Origin: Candidatus Woesearchaeota archaeon
Lineage (GTDB): Archaea; Nanobdellota; Nanobdellia; Woesearchaeales; JASKKU01
Direction of reading: 5' to 3'
DNA length: 64,000 nucleotides
NCBI GenBank assembly: GCA_030154045.1
Contig: JASKKU010000002.1
Span: 7,663-71,662, forward strand
Made by a program: the position numbers and the translations under genes. Below, piece by piece: positions 50,284-61,267 of the stretch. The notes under the pieces were generated by a model, which was not told where the DNA came from, ran no database searches, and saw only the letters and a program-made list of their open reading frames with translations. The stretch's first letter is position 1. Every line of letters starts with the position of its first letter.

Positions 50284-50770
50284 GCATATGCAAAAGAAAG
50301 CGCAATCAGAAATTTTAGGTATTGTGTTTATGATAGTTATAGCTTTAGTTTTAATATTGATCCTTTTATTTTATGGTAATAGACCAACCTTTGATGAGCA
50401 AGGGAATTTAATAATTATAGCCAATCGTTATTATAATACGATATTTTCAGATAATCTTTATACAAACTGTAGCCAAGATATGTCCTTTTTAACACTTTTG
50501 AGATATTATTTTATGGGATTAGTAACAGAATGTGATGATGGCTCTAATGTAGAATCGTTCTTAAACAATTATATAAACAAAACCCTAAGATATTTTTTGG
50601 CGAACAACGGCTTGGCATACAAACTAATCATTTCTGATTCTCACAACAGTTTAAGTTTTGAGAATGGAGTTTGCAACGGTTTTGTTTATTACCTCCCAAC
50701 CCAAACAATACTTAAACCTGACTCAGGCCGCATTAACATTTCTCTTAGCGTTTGTAAGAGAAAAAGATAA
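50276..50770 (+). CDS. small N-terminally anchored protein (164 aa), possible pilin-like
   Basis: The N-terminus is MSEHMQKKAQSEILGIVFMIVIALVLILILLFY. KKAQ|SEIL resembles a prepilin peptidase site. An 8-nt overlap is present. Confidence 0.35.
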   Translation: MSEHMQKKAQSEILGIVFMIVIALVLILILLFYGNRPTFDEQGNLIIIANRYYNTIFSDNLYTNCSQDMSFLTLLRYYFMGLVTECDDGSNVESFLNNYINKTLRYFLANNGLAYKLIISDSHNSLSFENGVCNGFVYYLPTQTILKPDSGRINISLSVCKRKR

Positions 50771-50780
50771 TTAAAAAATT

Positions 50781-51155
50781 TTAGATGTTTTTCAATAATG
50801 ATTCAATTTTTCTGATTTGTGCATCTATGGTTGATAACTCATCATTCCTGATTTCTGTGCTCTCCATCTTTTTATCTGTTTGTCGTTTTTCTGCTTTTGT
50901 TGTTCTAGATAGTGTTATCTTTGATTTAGGCAATAATTCTATAATTGATTTGCCGAGCGAATCAATCGATTTTAGATCATTCTCCAACTTTTTTAAAGCT
51001 TCAATCCTTGATTTGTTTTTGATTTTCTGAACCTGAAGGTCCTTCATTAAAATTAATAGCTCTTTTGCACTTGTCAATAAACTCTTCCTTAGTTCTTTTG
51101 ATTCATAAAGGCCTACATACGTTATTTCTTTGGTTTCAGGCTTATTCTTTGCCAT
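50781..51155 (-). CDS. hypothetical coiled-coil protein (124 aa)
   Basis: The sequence is predominantly heptad-like. It is the third gene of a tightly coupled minus-strand triplet. Confidence 0.3.
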   Translation of the reverse strand: MAKNKPETKEITYVGLYESKELRKSLLTSAKELLILMKDLQVQKIKNKSRIEALKKLENDLKSIDSLGKSIIELLPKSKITLSRTTKAEKRQTDKKMESTEIRNDELSTIDAQIRKIESLLKNI

Positions 51156-51157
51156 CT

Positions 51158-51391
51158 TTACTCCTCATTAGATTGAACTTTAGAGTCTATTGTCTGGACT
51201 AGGTTCTTTAGCTTAGTTAATTGTGATTCGAATGACTCTATCCTTTTCTTTTCCTCTTCGTTTGCTTGTTTGAGTTCTTTGATCAGCCTCTCAGCCAATT
51301 CAACTTTCTCTTTTAGTTCATCAACATTAGCTCTTAATTTCTTGAATTCATCAATCTTCAAAAAAACAGGAAGATTATCCATTATTTTCAC
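51158..51391 (-). CDS. hypothetical small coiled-coil protein (77 aa)
   Basis: It contains KLRANVDELKEKVELAERLIKELKQANEEEKKRIESFESQL. There is a 2-nt gap to the next gene. Confidence 0.3.
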   Translation of the reverse strand: MKIMDNLPVFLKIDEFKKLRANVDELKEKVELAERLIKELKQANEEEKKRIESFESQLTKLKNLVQTIDSKVQSNEE

Positions 51392-52013
51392 CTCGAATTA
51401 TGGCATCACAAGTTATGCTTTTATTAAACATGAAATTTGCATTCTTAGCCAGTTCTTCAACATTGGCTTTGTTTTGTGAAACTAATGACTTGATCTCTTC
51501 ACTATATGTCTTTAAGTATTGATTTATCTCTAGTATTTTGTTAATTTGTTCAGAAAGCCATTGTAAATCCGTTTCTTTTATGAAATGACTGTTCTCTTTT
51601 TGGGAATAAAGTATTATTGAATCACTTGAAATTGTCTTATCTATCTGACTAAGTGGCTTGTTTTCTACTGTTTCATTTTTTGTTTCTTTTAATAAACCAG
51701 AAAAAGGTTCGCTTTCTTGCTCTTTTGTATCTTGTGCTTCAAAACCACTCATAAGCTTGGATTCTAACTCTTTCAGTTCGTTCTCAATGTCTAAATTATT
51801 TGATACTTTAACATTTTCTTGCAAATTGGTATCAGATTTTTCTTGTGAATCTGTTTGTAAATCTTTTTTATCCTCAGAACTCAGCAATTTTTGAGATGAG
51901 CTCTCTTCTTTCTTTTGTTGAGTGCTCTCTAAGCCTTCAGGTTGTGGTGGAGTAGGTGGCTTATCTTCTTTTGATTCTTCTTTCTTTTTCTTCGGTTTGA
52001 ATAAAAAAGCCAT
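51375..52013 (-). CDS. hypothetical acidic protein (212 aa) with a low-complexity N-terminus
   Basis: The N-terminal half is E/K/S/Q-rich. It overlaps the downstream gene by 17 nt. Confidence 0.3.
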   Translation of the reverse strand: MAFLFKPKKKKEESKEDKPPTPPQPEGLESTQQKKEESSSQKLLSSEDKKDLQTDSQEKSDTNLQENVKVSNNLDIENELKELESKLMSGFEAQDTKEQESEPFSGLLKETKNETVENKPLSQIDKTISSDSIILYSQKENSHFIKETDLQWLSEQINKILEINQYLKTYSEEIKSLVSQNKANVEELAKNANFMFNKSITCDAIIRGENNG

Positions 52014-52195
52014 AACCTTAAAACAATTTAAAAAATATTAAAAGGTTTTTAACCATTCTGAAAGAGTTCCAATAAGTATTAATTATTCAGTGAGTTATTT
52101 ATTAATTCGTGTTTCAAAAAGTGTTCTCATTTCATGAAAATTTTCCATTTTCAGCTAAGAATCCGTTATTAAAACAAACAATCTTGTTTTAATTT

Positions 52196-54055
52196 ATGAA
52201 TTTAAATCTATTTAAGAAGAGCCTTGTTTTTATTACTTTGTTATTCTGTTTTGCTTTTCTTGTTTTTGCAAATCCTGATTTAAAGATAATTGAAGTAATG
52301 TATAATCCTCCAGGAGATGATTTTTCTAGCGAATTCTTTGAATTGTGCAACTTGGCCAATTTCTCAATTGATTTAACAAATTATAAAATTATAGGTGTCT
52401 CTTTAAATTTAACCAACATTTCAATAAAACCTAAAAAGTGTTTAATCTTCGCGCATTCAAAAAACGATTTTTTCAATATCTATAACCTCTCTTTAAATTA
52501 TTCTAATCAAACATTTGAGTTTAAAGGTTATTTGAAGAACAGTAATTTTTCTTTAATGCTCCTTAATGAAAACAAAACTGTTGTTGACACTTTTACTTAC
52601 GATGGTTCTTTGGCAAACGGAAACGGCTTAAGTTTAAACTTTTGTAATAATTCTATTTTTGAAGAAGAACCTTCGCCTTTTTATTTTGATTTTGAAAGTT
52701 GCATTCTAAATGAAACCACAAATAAAACTTTTTTCGACGAAACCTTGAATGAAACACTGGTAAACCAAACTTTAGAACAAAACAATACGAACTTAAGTAA
52801 TACAACCCAAACTTATCCATATGAAAATTGTTCTAATACAACAAATCAACCAATAAGCATAACAAACTCAAGTACTATCAACATTCATATTGATTCAATT
52901 GATGGCAATTTTGTTTCTTATCAGATTTATTCAAAATGTTCCTACATCTATTGGATTGAAGACTTGTTTCAAAACATAATCAAACCAAAACTTGTTAGCA
53001 ACACAACCACGAAAAAGCAATTTACCTCAAAATATGATAAAGCCTTTTTCATTAAAGCCAAAGAACTCTGCCAAAATCAAACCTCATCTAAATTAGTTCT
53101 ACTAAATACTTCTTTTGACGAAGATTTTGATGTTGAATTTCATAAGTATAAAAGTAATAAAGTTAAAATAACACTATTAGCGGACTACCTCAAGTTTAAT
53201 TCTTCAATATTGTGTTATCTTAATTCAAATAAAGAAATCTTTTCATTTTATTCAGATTCAATAAAACCTCTAACTGATTCAAGTTTGGAATTCCAATTCT
53301 ATATCCCAGAACAATTCCTTAACTCAGGCAATAACAAAATTGAATGCATAATACAAACTTCAAAAGATTCTAGAACTTTTGTAAAGACTTTTGATTATCA
53401 GAAACCTGAATTAAAACAATCATGCACAGCAAAAACATTAAACAAACTCGCGCAGAGTGAAACTTTTAAAATTAATTCGTTTTATACTCTAGACACTTAT
53501 TTGAAATCAAAGAACCATTTCTTTATGTCTGTTGAAAGACCTTCATCAAGCCCAAAACAAGTGTATTTGGAGATCTTTGAATTAAAAAATTCCTCACTTT
53601 TGAATTTAAGTGAGACTAAAATAAAAACTGATTTTTACATTCCTTTGAATAAAACAAATACAACTTTGCTTGCCGTTATTAAACACAACAAGAATATTTT
53701 AACTTACAAAACTTTGAATATCTCGTTACAATTAAAGAAAATCCCTTCAAAAGAATCAAAATCTGAAACTAAAACTCTTAAATTAGAGAATGTTTCGAGA
53801 AACGAACCGTTGAATACTTTACAATTAAATAATACAGTATTCAATCTTAAATTAAATGAAACCAATGAAAGCACTAACTTTAGTGAAAACAACTTTTCAC
53901 AAGATGAAATTACTTCTTTTTTCAGTTATGATACAAATTCGAGTAATGAGTTTAAAACGAAACTTAAAGAAACATTCTTTTATCTTTTTACAACCATCAT
54001 TATATTATTAATTTTACTAACATTCTATTTTGTTAGTAAAAAAAAGAAATCCTAA
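52196..54055 (+). CDS. secreted surface protein with an N-terminal lamin-tail domain (LTD), an N-glycosylation-sequon-rich body and a C-terminal TM anchor
   Basis: A signal peptide (LVFITLLFCFAFLVFA) is followed by the LTD signature LKIIEVMYNPPGDDFSSEFFELCNLANFSIDLTNYKI. More than 20 N-x-S/T sequons are present. The C-terminal TM is FFYLFTTIIILLILLTFYFV followed by KKKKS. Confidence 0.5.
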   Translation: MNLNLFKKSLVFITLLFCFAFLVFANPDLKIIEVMYNPPGDDFSSEFFELCNLANFSIDLTNYKIIGVSLNLTNISIKPKKCLIFAHSKNDFFNIYNLSLNYSNQTFEFKGYLKNSNFSLMLLNENKTVVDTFTYDGSLANGNGLSLNFCNNSIFEEEPSPFYFDFESCILNETTNKTFFDETLNETLVNQTLEQNNTNLSNTTQTYPYENCSNTTNQPISITNSSTINIHIDSIDGNFVSYQIYSKCSYIYWIEDLFQNIIKPKLVSNTTTKKQFTSKYDKAFFIKAKELCQNQTSSKLVLLNTSFDEDFDVEFHKYKSNKVKITLLADYLKFNSSILCYLNSNKEIFSFYSDSIKPLTDSSLEFQFYIPEQFLNSGNNKIECIIQTSKDSRTFVKTFDYQKPELKQSCTAKTLNKLAQSETFKINSFYTLDTYLKSKNHFFMSVERPSSSPKQVYLEIFELKNSSLLNLSETKIKTDFYIPLNKTNTTLLAVIKHNKNILTYKTLNISLQLKKIPSKESKSETKTLKLENVSRNEPLNTLQLNNTVFNLKLNETNESTNFSENNFSQDEITSFFSYDTNSSNEFKTKLKETFFYLFTTIIILLILLTFYFVSKKKKS

Positions 54056-54411
54056 ACCTCAATAATCTGGTTTTCGTTATTTAACCTGACAAACCTAACT
54101 GCTACACCGCATTTTAACAAAGCTGAAATCAAAGCCATATGTGTATTACCATCCCCAGAACTTATGTTTAAAGCAACTTCAGGATAATTTATCTCTGTTT
54201 TTATCTTGTTAATAATCTCGTCCCTTAGTTTTTCAGAATCTTGTTTAAAATTAACAACGACCATCTTAAAAGATTTATCTAAAGAAAAGTTCTTCTTTGA
54301 GAACTCGTCGCCAATTAAAATAATATCTTCCCAGTCATAACTCTTGCAGAGATTTGATACTTGGGCCCAAGAACCTTTTCCATAAGATAACAAAGCAACT
54401 AGTACAGTCAT
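54052..54411 (-). CDS. hypothetical protein (119 aa)
   Basis: This ORF lies downstream of groEL on the same strand. No motif was recognised. Confidence 0.3.
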   Translation of the reverse strand: MTVLVALLSYGKGSWAQVSNLCKSYDWEDIILIGDEFSKKNFSLDKSFKMVVVNFKQDSEKLRDEIINKIKTEINYPEVALNISSGDGNTHMALISALLKCGVAVRFVRLNNENQIIEV

Positions 54412-54494
54412 AAAACTTAAGCAGAATCTAAAATTTAAAAACTTATCTTAAAAATCTCAGAAAAATTAAAACAAAAAACAACAAAACTAAAAAT

Positions 54495-56433
<1,939 letters not shown>

Positions 56434-56548
56434 TTTCTCACCTCTTTGTCAACTTTAAATCAACAAAGTCAACTTTAATTAAACAGAAAGCTAAAATGAT
56501 ATTTAAATCTTTCTGTGTTGTTTAGAAACCAAATTAAAAAATTCAAAA

Positions 56549-58486
56549 TTATAGAATCTCAACAATGTCTCGTTTTATCCTAGCAATACAGTTCTCTGCT
56601 ATTTTATCAATCTCCCAGTTATCAGAGGCTTTTCTAACCTGATTTAAGAAATCGGCTATCTGCCTAAACAACCTGATTAAATCTCCTTCTTTCATGCTTG
56701 TTAGTTTTACTATTTCACTGAACTCCTTGCCTTCGCTCCATTCTATAACGATTCTCATAAGTCTCAAAAGATTTTGCCTATTTAATTTCCTGAATAGAAC
56801 AGGACTTTCCTTCCTGACAACCTTTAAAATCCTATTGTATCTCTTTTTGTCCTTGTAAATCTTAAAGTGTTCTCGATCTATCTTTCTATCATAAATTATT
56901 GCAGCAATTAATGCATTTATTTCAGACTCTTCTAAACTCTTAAAGATGTTTGTTTTGAACATTTCAGTTATTTCAATTTCGTGGTCATAAATTTTTGAGG
57001 CGAACATGCCTTTCTCTGTTAAACTCTTTCCGTCTTTTTCTATATAACCTAAAGCCATAAGTTTCTTTACTCTGTTCTTAAATCTGGACCAAATCCTGAT
57101 TGCAGTATCCTCTTGTTTTTTTAAGAAATAGTAGAAGCTCTTCTTTAGAATTTCTTTAATCTGCTCTTCATCATAATGCATCATCATGTTTAATACTAGA
57201 TTGTATGTTATGTAAAATCTTGACACTAAAGGTTCTTTATCGCCAGAAGTAATGTACCTTATCCTTTCAAAATCTGCAAAACGTATATCAACCAAGGCTA
57301 TTGCCCAACCTTCTTTATCAATGCCTCTTCTACCAGCTCTACCAGCCATCTGCCAGTATTCTTTTGAAGTCAGATATCTAAAGTTTCTGCCATCGTACTT
57401 CTCTAAGCTGTCAAAGGCAACGCTTTTTGCTGGCATGTTTATTCCAACAGCAAAGGTTTCAGTAGCATACAGAACTTTAATCAATCCTTGAGAAAACAAA
57501 TCCTCAACTATTTCTTTTAAAACAGGTAAAAGCCCCGCATGATGATAGGCTATGCCCTTTTTTATAATTCTTCTAAGTTTATTAACTGAGAACAAATCCT
57601 TTACCGAAGGGAACTCGTTAATATGTTTGTTAAAAGTGTAAATGATCTGTTCTTTTTCTTTGTTGTTTGTAAAATCAAATCTTTGATACAACTGCTCGGA
57701 TTTCTTTTCACAATCTTTTCTGGAAAAATTGAAATATATTATTGGAAGAAAACCTTCTTCTTTTACATCAGTAATCAAATCAATGTGATCTGCTGCTTTT
57801 ATGTTCATCAATTTTCTTTTTTCTTTCTTGTTTCTTGCTCTTCTTGAAAGCAATGGATTGCTTTTAACAAATTGTTCTAATTCATCTAAGGTTACAATAC
57901 CTAATGTTTTTTCATAAACAAAATGTTTCAAAGGAACAGCTCTCTTTGTGTTTATAACAACTTCAACCTTATGATTCTTTGTTTCTTCAATCCATTTAGC
58001 AAATTCTTTGGCGTTAGGGATTGTAGCGCTTAAGCATAAGAATCTGACAGTTTCTGGAGAAAAAATTATTGATTCTTCCCAGACAGTTCCTCTTTCTAAA
58101 TCATTAATGTAATGAATCTCATCAAAGATTACATACGAAATGCTTTTAACGAACTCGTCTTTAGTTACGAGCATGTTTCTATAAACTTCAGTCGTCATGA
58201 TAAGAACAGGAGCTTCAGGATTAAAAACGAAGTCGCCAGTTAATAATCCGATTTTTTCTTCTCCGTAAGCCTCGCAGAATTGTTTATACTTCTGATTTGA
58301 TAAAGCTTTAATTGGGCTTGTATAAATTATAACTTTACCTGTATCAATATACTTGTCTATTAAATAGTCCGCAATTAAGGTTTTTCCAGTGCCTGTTGGT
58401 GCAGATACAACGACTGAATGATTGTTATCAATAGCTTTGACAGCATCCTCTTGAAACTTGTCTAAAACATAATTCCTGAATTTCAT
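56549..58486 (-). CDS. Ski2-like DExH-box SF2 helicase
   Basis: Motif I is SAPTGTGKT, motif II is DEIHYI, and ATETFAVGINMPAKSVAF is a Ski2/Mtr4-type motif. QMAGRAGRRG is also present. Confidence 0.7.
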   Translation of the reverse strand: MKFRNYVLDKFQEDAVKAIDNNHSVVVSAPTGTGKTLIADYLIDKYIDTGKVIIYTSPIKALSNQKYKQFCEAYGEEKIGLLTGDFVFNPEAPVLIMTTEVYRNMLVTKDEFVKSISYVIFDEIHYINDLERGTVWEESIIFSPETVRFLCLSATIPNAKEFAKWIEETKNHKVEVVINTKRAVPLKHFVYEKTLGIVTLDELEQFVKSNPLLSRRARNKKEKRKLMNIKAADHIDLITDVKEEGFLPIIYFNFSRKDCEKKSEQLYQRFDFTNNKEKEQIIYTFNKHINEFPSVKDLFSVNKLRRIIKKGIAYHHAGLLPVLKEIVEDLFSQGLIKVLYATETFAVGINMPAKSVAFDSLEKYDGRNFRYLTSKEYWQMAGRAGRRGIDKEGWAIALVDIRFADFERIRYITSGDKEPLVSRFYITYNLVLNMMMHYDEEQIKEILKKSFYYFLKKQEDTAIRIWSRFKNRVKKLMALGYIEKDGKSLTEKGMFASKIYDHEIEITEMFKTNIFKSLEESEINALIAAIIYDRKIDREHFKIYKDKKRYNRILKVVRKESPVLFRKLNRQNLLRLMRIVIEWSEGKEFSEIVKLTSMKEGDLIRLFRQIADFLNQVRKASDNWEIDKIAENCIARIKRDIVEIL

Positions 58487-58627
58487 AATAACAAATCACC
58501 TTTTTTGGTTTTATATAATTTTAGTTTTTAATAATGGTTAATTTAAGATATTTTACCCTTTGTAAATCTTAAAAATTCTATAAAAGATGTGTTTTAAGTT
58601 ATTTCTATTTTTATATTTTAGAGCTTA

Positions 58628-59002
58628 TTATCTATCTTTAAGGAATACAAAAAGTACTGCATAAAATAGGTCTAACAAGATTTTAGCAAAATCTGAAAAT
58701 CCTGGAGAAACCCATCTTAGAATATTTATTACTTGTTTAAAAGTACCTTCTGAAGATATTGTGCTAAAAATCGTATCGAGAATGAAGCCTGTAATTAAAA
58801 AAGCAAAAAACGCCTTTATAATCTCGAATAATTTTTTTGAGAAATTAGCTTTTTTATTTATCATTTTAATTTTAGTTATATTCTCTAGAGCTCGTTTTTT
58901 ATATAATTTTAGTTTTGTTACATTTGTTTTAAAGTTGTTGTTGTTTTTATTTATCAAAACATTTTTATATGAATGCTTTATTTTAATAGATATGCCTTTC
59001 AT
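58628..59002 (-). CDS. hypothetical small membrane protein
   Basis: This ORF has two hydrophobic helices. Confidence 0.25.
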   Translation of the reverse strand: MKGISIKIKHSYKNVLINKNNNNFKTNVTKLKLYKKRALENITKIKMINKKANFSKKLFEIIKAFFAFLITGFILDTIFSTISSEGTFKQVINILRWVSPGFSDFAKILLDLFYAVLFVFLKDR

Positions 59003-59069
59003 TAGTAAATCCTTTGAAACCTGTTTTTGTTGCTAATTCTTTTTCATTGTTAAAGGAGGCTCTGTTAAG

Positions 59070-60533
59070 ATGAACTCTAAAACTAAAAAACTAAAGATGT
59101 ATAACAGCTTAACGAAAAGGATTGAGGAACTTGAACCTATCAAAGATTCCTTGTTTAGAATTTATAGCTGCGGCCCTACTATTTACAACTTTGCACATAT
59201 CGGCAATTTAAGATACTTTATTTTTGTTGATGTCTTGAGGAAAACCTTGAAGCACTTTGGTTACAAGGTTAAGCATGTAATGAATTTAACAGATGTTGAT
59301 GACAAGACAATAAAATCTTCGCAGGAGAAAGGCATCCCCTTGAGGAAATTTACAGATATTTATGCGAAGTATTTCTTTGAAGATTTAAAGAGCTTGAATA
59401 TTGAACCAGTGGAATTTTATCCGAGAGCAACCGAGACAATTAACGAAATGATTCCTTTTATTGAAAAAATTATTGAGAACGGACACGCTTATGTAAAAAA
59501 TGGCAATGTTTACTTTGATATTTCCACTTTTAAGGATTATGGGATGCTAGCCAACCTTGATTTATCTAATCTTAAAGAAAATGCTCAAGGCCGTTTAGAT
59601 GATGAATATGACAAGGATGACCCAAGAGATTTCGCGTTATGGAAAGCTCATGTTCCTGAAGACGGTGATGTTTTCTGGGAATCTCCTTGGGGAAAAGGCA
59701 GACCTGGCTGGCATATTGAATGTTCTGTTATGAGTTCAAAATATCTCACAGATGTTTTTAAGGATGGAAAGTTAAATCCAGAACTGTTTGAAACAATTGA
59801 TATTCACACAGGCGCCGTTGACTTAATTTTTCCCCACCACACTAACGAGATTGCTCAGACAGAAAGTGTTGTGAATAAACCTTTTGTAAAGTACTGGATA
59901 CACTGCGAGCACTTGTTTGTTGACGGCAAAAAGATGTCCAAGAGTTTAGGCAACTTTTACACATTAAGAGACCTTATTAAAAAAGGTTATTCGCCTAGGG
60001 CTTTTAGGTATGTCTGCGTTTCTTCGCATTACAAACAGCAGTTGAACTTTACTCTCAAAACCTTAGATGCAGCAGAGAACACAATAAAAAGATTAGACAA
60101 CTTTGTATTCATCTTAAATGTGATTAAAAACAGGTCAAAAGAAAAGAGTGTAAGAGAAGAACTTGTTGAAAAAATTGAAGAGTTTAAGCAAGCATTTGAT
60201 GAATTCTTGAGCGAAGATCTTGACACGCCTAAAGCCGTTGCTAAAATGTTTGAGTTTATCAACTATGTTAACAAGATTAAAGACTTAACCTCTGGCGAAG
60301 CTGATTTGATTTTAGATACATTGAAGTACTTTGATTCAGTATTGTCAATCTTTGAATTTAACATTAAAGAAGAGCCTTTGCCGCAAGATATAATGCAGTT
60401 GATTCTAGAAAGAGAAGAAGCAAGAAAGAACAAAAACTGGGAACTCGCTGACAAGATAAGAGAACAACTTAAGGAGCAAGGCATAGAGCTAGCAGATACG
60501 CCTCTAGGAACTGTTTGGAGGAAAATTAGATAA
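59070..60533 (+). CDS. cysS: cysteinyl-tRNA synthetase
   Basis: It starts [33 protein letters not shown] (HIGH region). KMSKSLGNF and the Cys-binding WHIECS motif are present. Confidence 0.9.
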   Translation: MNSKTKKLKMYNSLTKRIEELEPIKDSLFRIYSCGPTIYNFAHIGNLRYFIFVDVLRKTLKHFGYKVKHVMNLTDVDDKTIKSSQEKGIPLRKFTDIYAKYFFEDLKSLNIEPVEFYPRATETINEMIPFIEKIIENGHAYVKNGNVYFDISTFKDYGMLANLDLSNLKENAQGRLDDEYDKDDPRDFALWKAHVPEDGDVFWESPWGKGRPGWHIECSVMSSKYLTDVFKDGKLNPELFETIDIHTGAVDLIFPHHTNEIAQTESVVNKPFVKYWIHCEHLFVDGKKMSKSLGNFYTLRDLIKKGYSPRAFRYVCVSSHYKQQLNFTLKTLDAAENTIKRLDNFVFILNVIKNRSKEKSVREELVEKIEEFKQAFDEFLSEDLDTPKAVAKMFEFINYVNKIKDLTSGEADLILDTLKYFDSVLSIFEFNIKEEPLPQDIMQLILEREEARKNKNWELADKIREQLKEQGIELADTPLGTVWRKIR

Positions 60534-60535
60534 TG

Positions 60536-60928
60536 TTATCTGTGGTATTTTTTGTTTTTGATTATTGACTCTGCTCTATAAACCTGTTCTAAGAGAATTA
60601 TTTTAGCCAAGTCATGGGGGAGAGTCATCTTTGATAGTGCTATCTTCAGCTTGGCGTTTTCTTTTATTTTTTCGTCGAACCCGTTTTCATCTCCGATTAC
60701 AAATATCGCTTTTTCATTAAGGTTAGCAATGAAATCTGCAAAACTTAGAGAATCAAACTCCTGACCTTTTTCATCTAATAAAACGTATTGTTTGTTTTCC
60801 AAGAACTTGTTTAACTTATCTCTGCTGTCAAAACACAACTCTTCAATAGAAAGCCTCTTTTTGTATTCATCAAATAAAACTCTAAAAGGCTGTTTTATCT
60901 TCCCAACATATGCTAGAACATATTTCAT
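60536..60928 (-). CDS. rlmH: 23S rRNA (pseudouridine-N3)-methyltransferase RlmH-like SPOUT protein
   Basis: The C-terminus (LSKMTLPHDLAKIILLEQVYRAESIIKNKKYHR) matches RlmH ([22 protein letters not shown]..HPYHR). The ORF-track start at 60964 runs into the tRNA, so the start was trimmed to the internal Met (MKYVLAYVG). Confidence 0.6.
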   Translation of the reverse strand: MKYVLAYVGKIKQPFRVLFDEYKKRLSIEELCFDSRDKLNKFLENKQYVLLDEKGQEFDSLSFADFIANLNEKAIFVIGDENGFDEKIKENAKLKIALSKMTLPHDLAKIILLEQVYRAESIIKNKKYHR

Positions 60929-60939
60929 TTTAAGAATGA

Positions 60940-61067
60940 TGTGGGGGTTGGGATTTGAACCCAAGCAGGCGCTATGCCAACGGGTGTCTTCCAGTCATAG
61001 CAGAAGCTCATAACACCCTGTGACTGACCTAAGCCCGTCCCGTTTGACCAGGCTCCGGCACCCCCAC
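60940..61067 (-). tRNA. tRNA-Leu (anticodon UAG) with a ~42-nt intron after position 37
   Basis: The acceptor pairing is GTGGGGG/CCCCCAC. The T-arm is TTGGG-TTCAAAT-CCCAA. The anticodon stem is ACGGG/CCCGT, interrupted by the intron. The loop CTTAGG gives anticodon TAG with G37. A long variable arm (TGGCATAGCGCCTGC) makes this a class II tRNA. Confidence 0.5.
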
Positions 61068-61093
61068 CTACATAAAAATCGAATAAATGTTTC

Positions 61094-61103
61094 CTTATAA
61101 AGT
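61094..61103 (-). promoter_or_regulatory. TATA-box-like element upstream of tRNA-Leu
   Basis: On the minus strand, CTTTATAAGG is centred about 31 nt upstream of the tRNA 5' end. Confidence 0.3.
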
Positions 61104-61148
61104 TTTCGACATCCTGCATTTTATTAAGAAGCCCTAAAAATAAAACTT

Positions 61149-61158
61149 TTTAAATGAA
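61149..61158 (+). promoter_or_regulatory. TATA-box-like element upstream of tRNA-Val
   Basis: CTTTTTAAAT is centred about 28 nt upstream of the tRNA-Val 5' end. Confidence 0.3.
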
Positions 61159-61180
61159 AGCATTTCTTAAAAAACAAAAA

Positions 61181-61253
61181 GGGTCCCTAGTCTAGTGGCT
61201 ATGACGTTGCCTTCACACGGCAGAGGTCCGGGGTTCGAGTCCCCGGGGACCCA
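61181..61253 (+). tRNA. tRNA-Val (anticodon CAC)
   Basis: The sequence is GGGTCCC..TAGTCTAGTGGCTATGACG (D-arm), TTGCC-TTCACAC-GGCAG (anticodon arm), CGGGG-TTCGAGT-CCCCG (T-arm), then GGGACCC-A. Confidence 0.8.
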
Positions 61254-61267
61254 TTATTGATGATAAA

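Noticed and set aside
60929-60964. An N-terminal extension (MGSNPNPHIILK) of the RlmH-like ORF
   Set aside because: These codons are the reverse-strand reading of the tRNA-Leu 3' half. Homology to RlmH begins at the internal Met.
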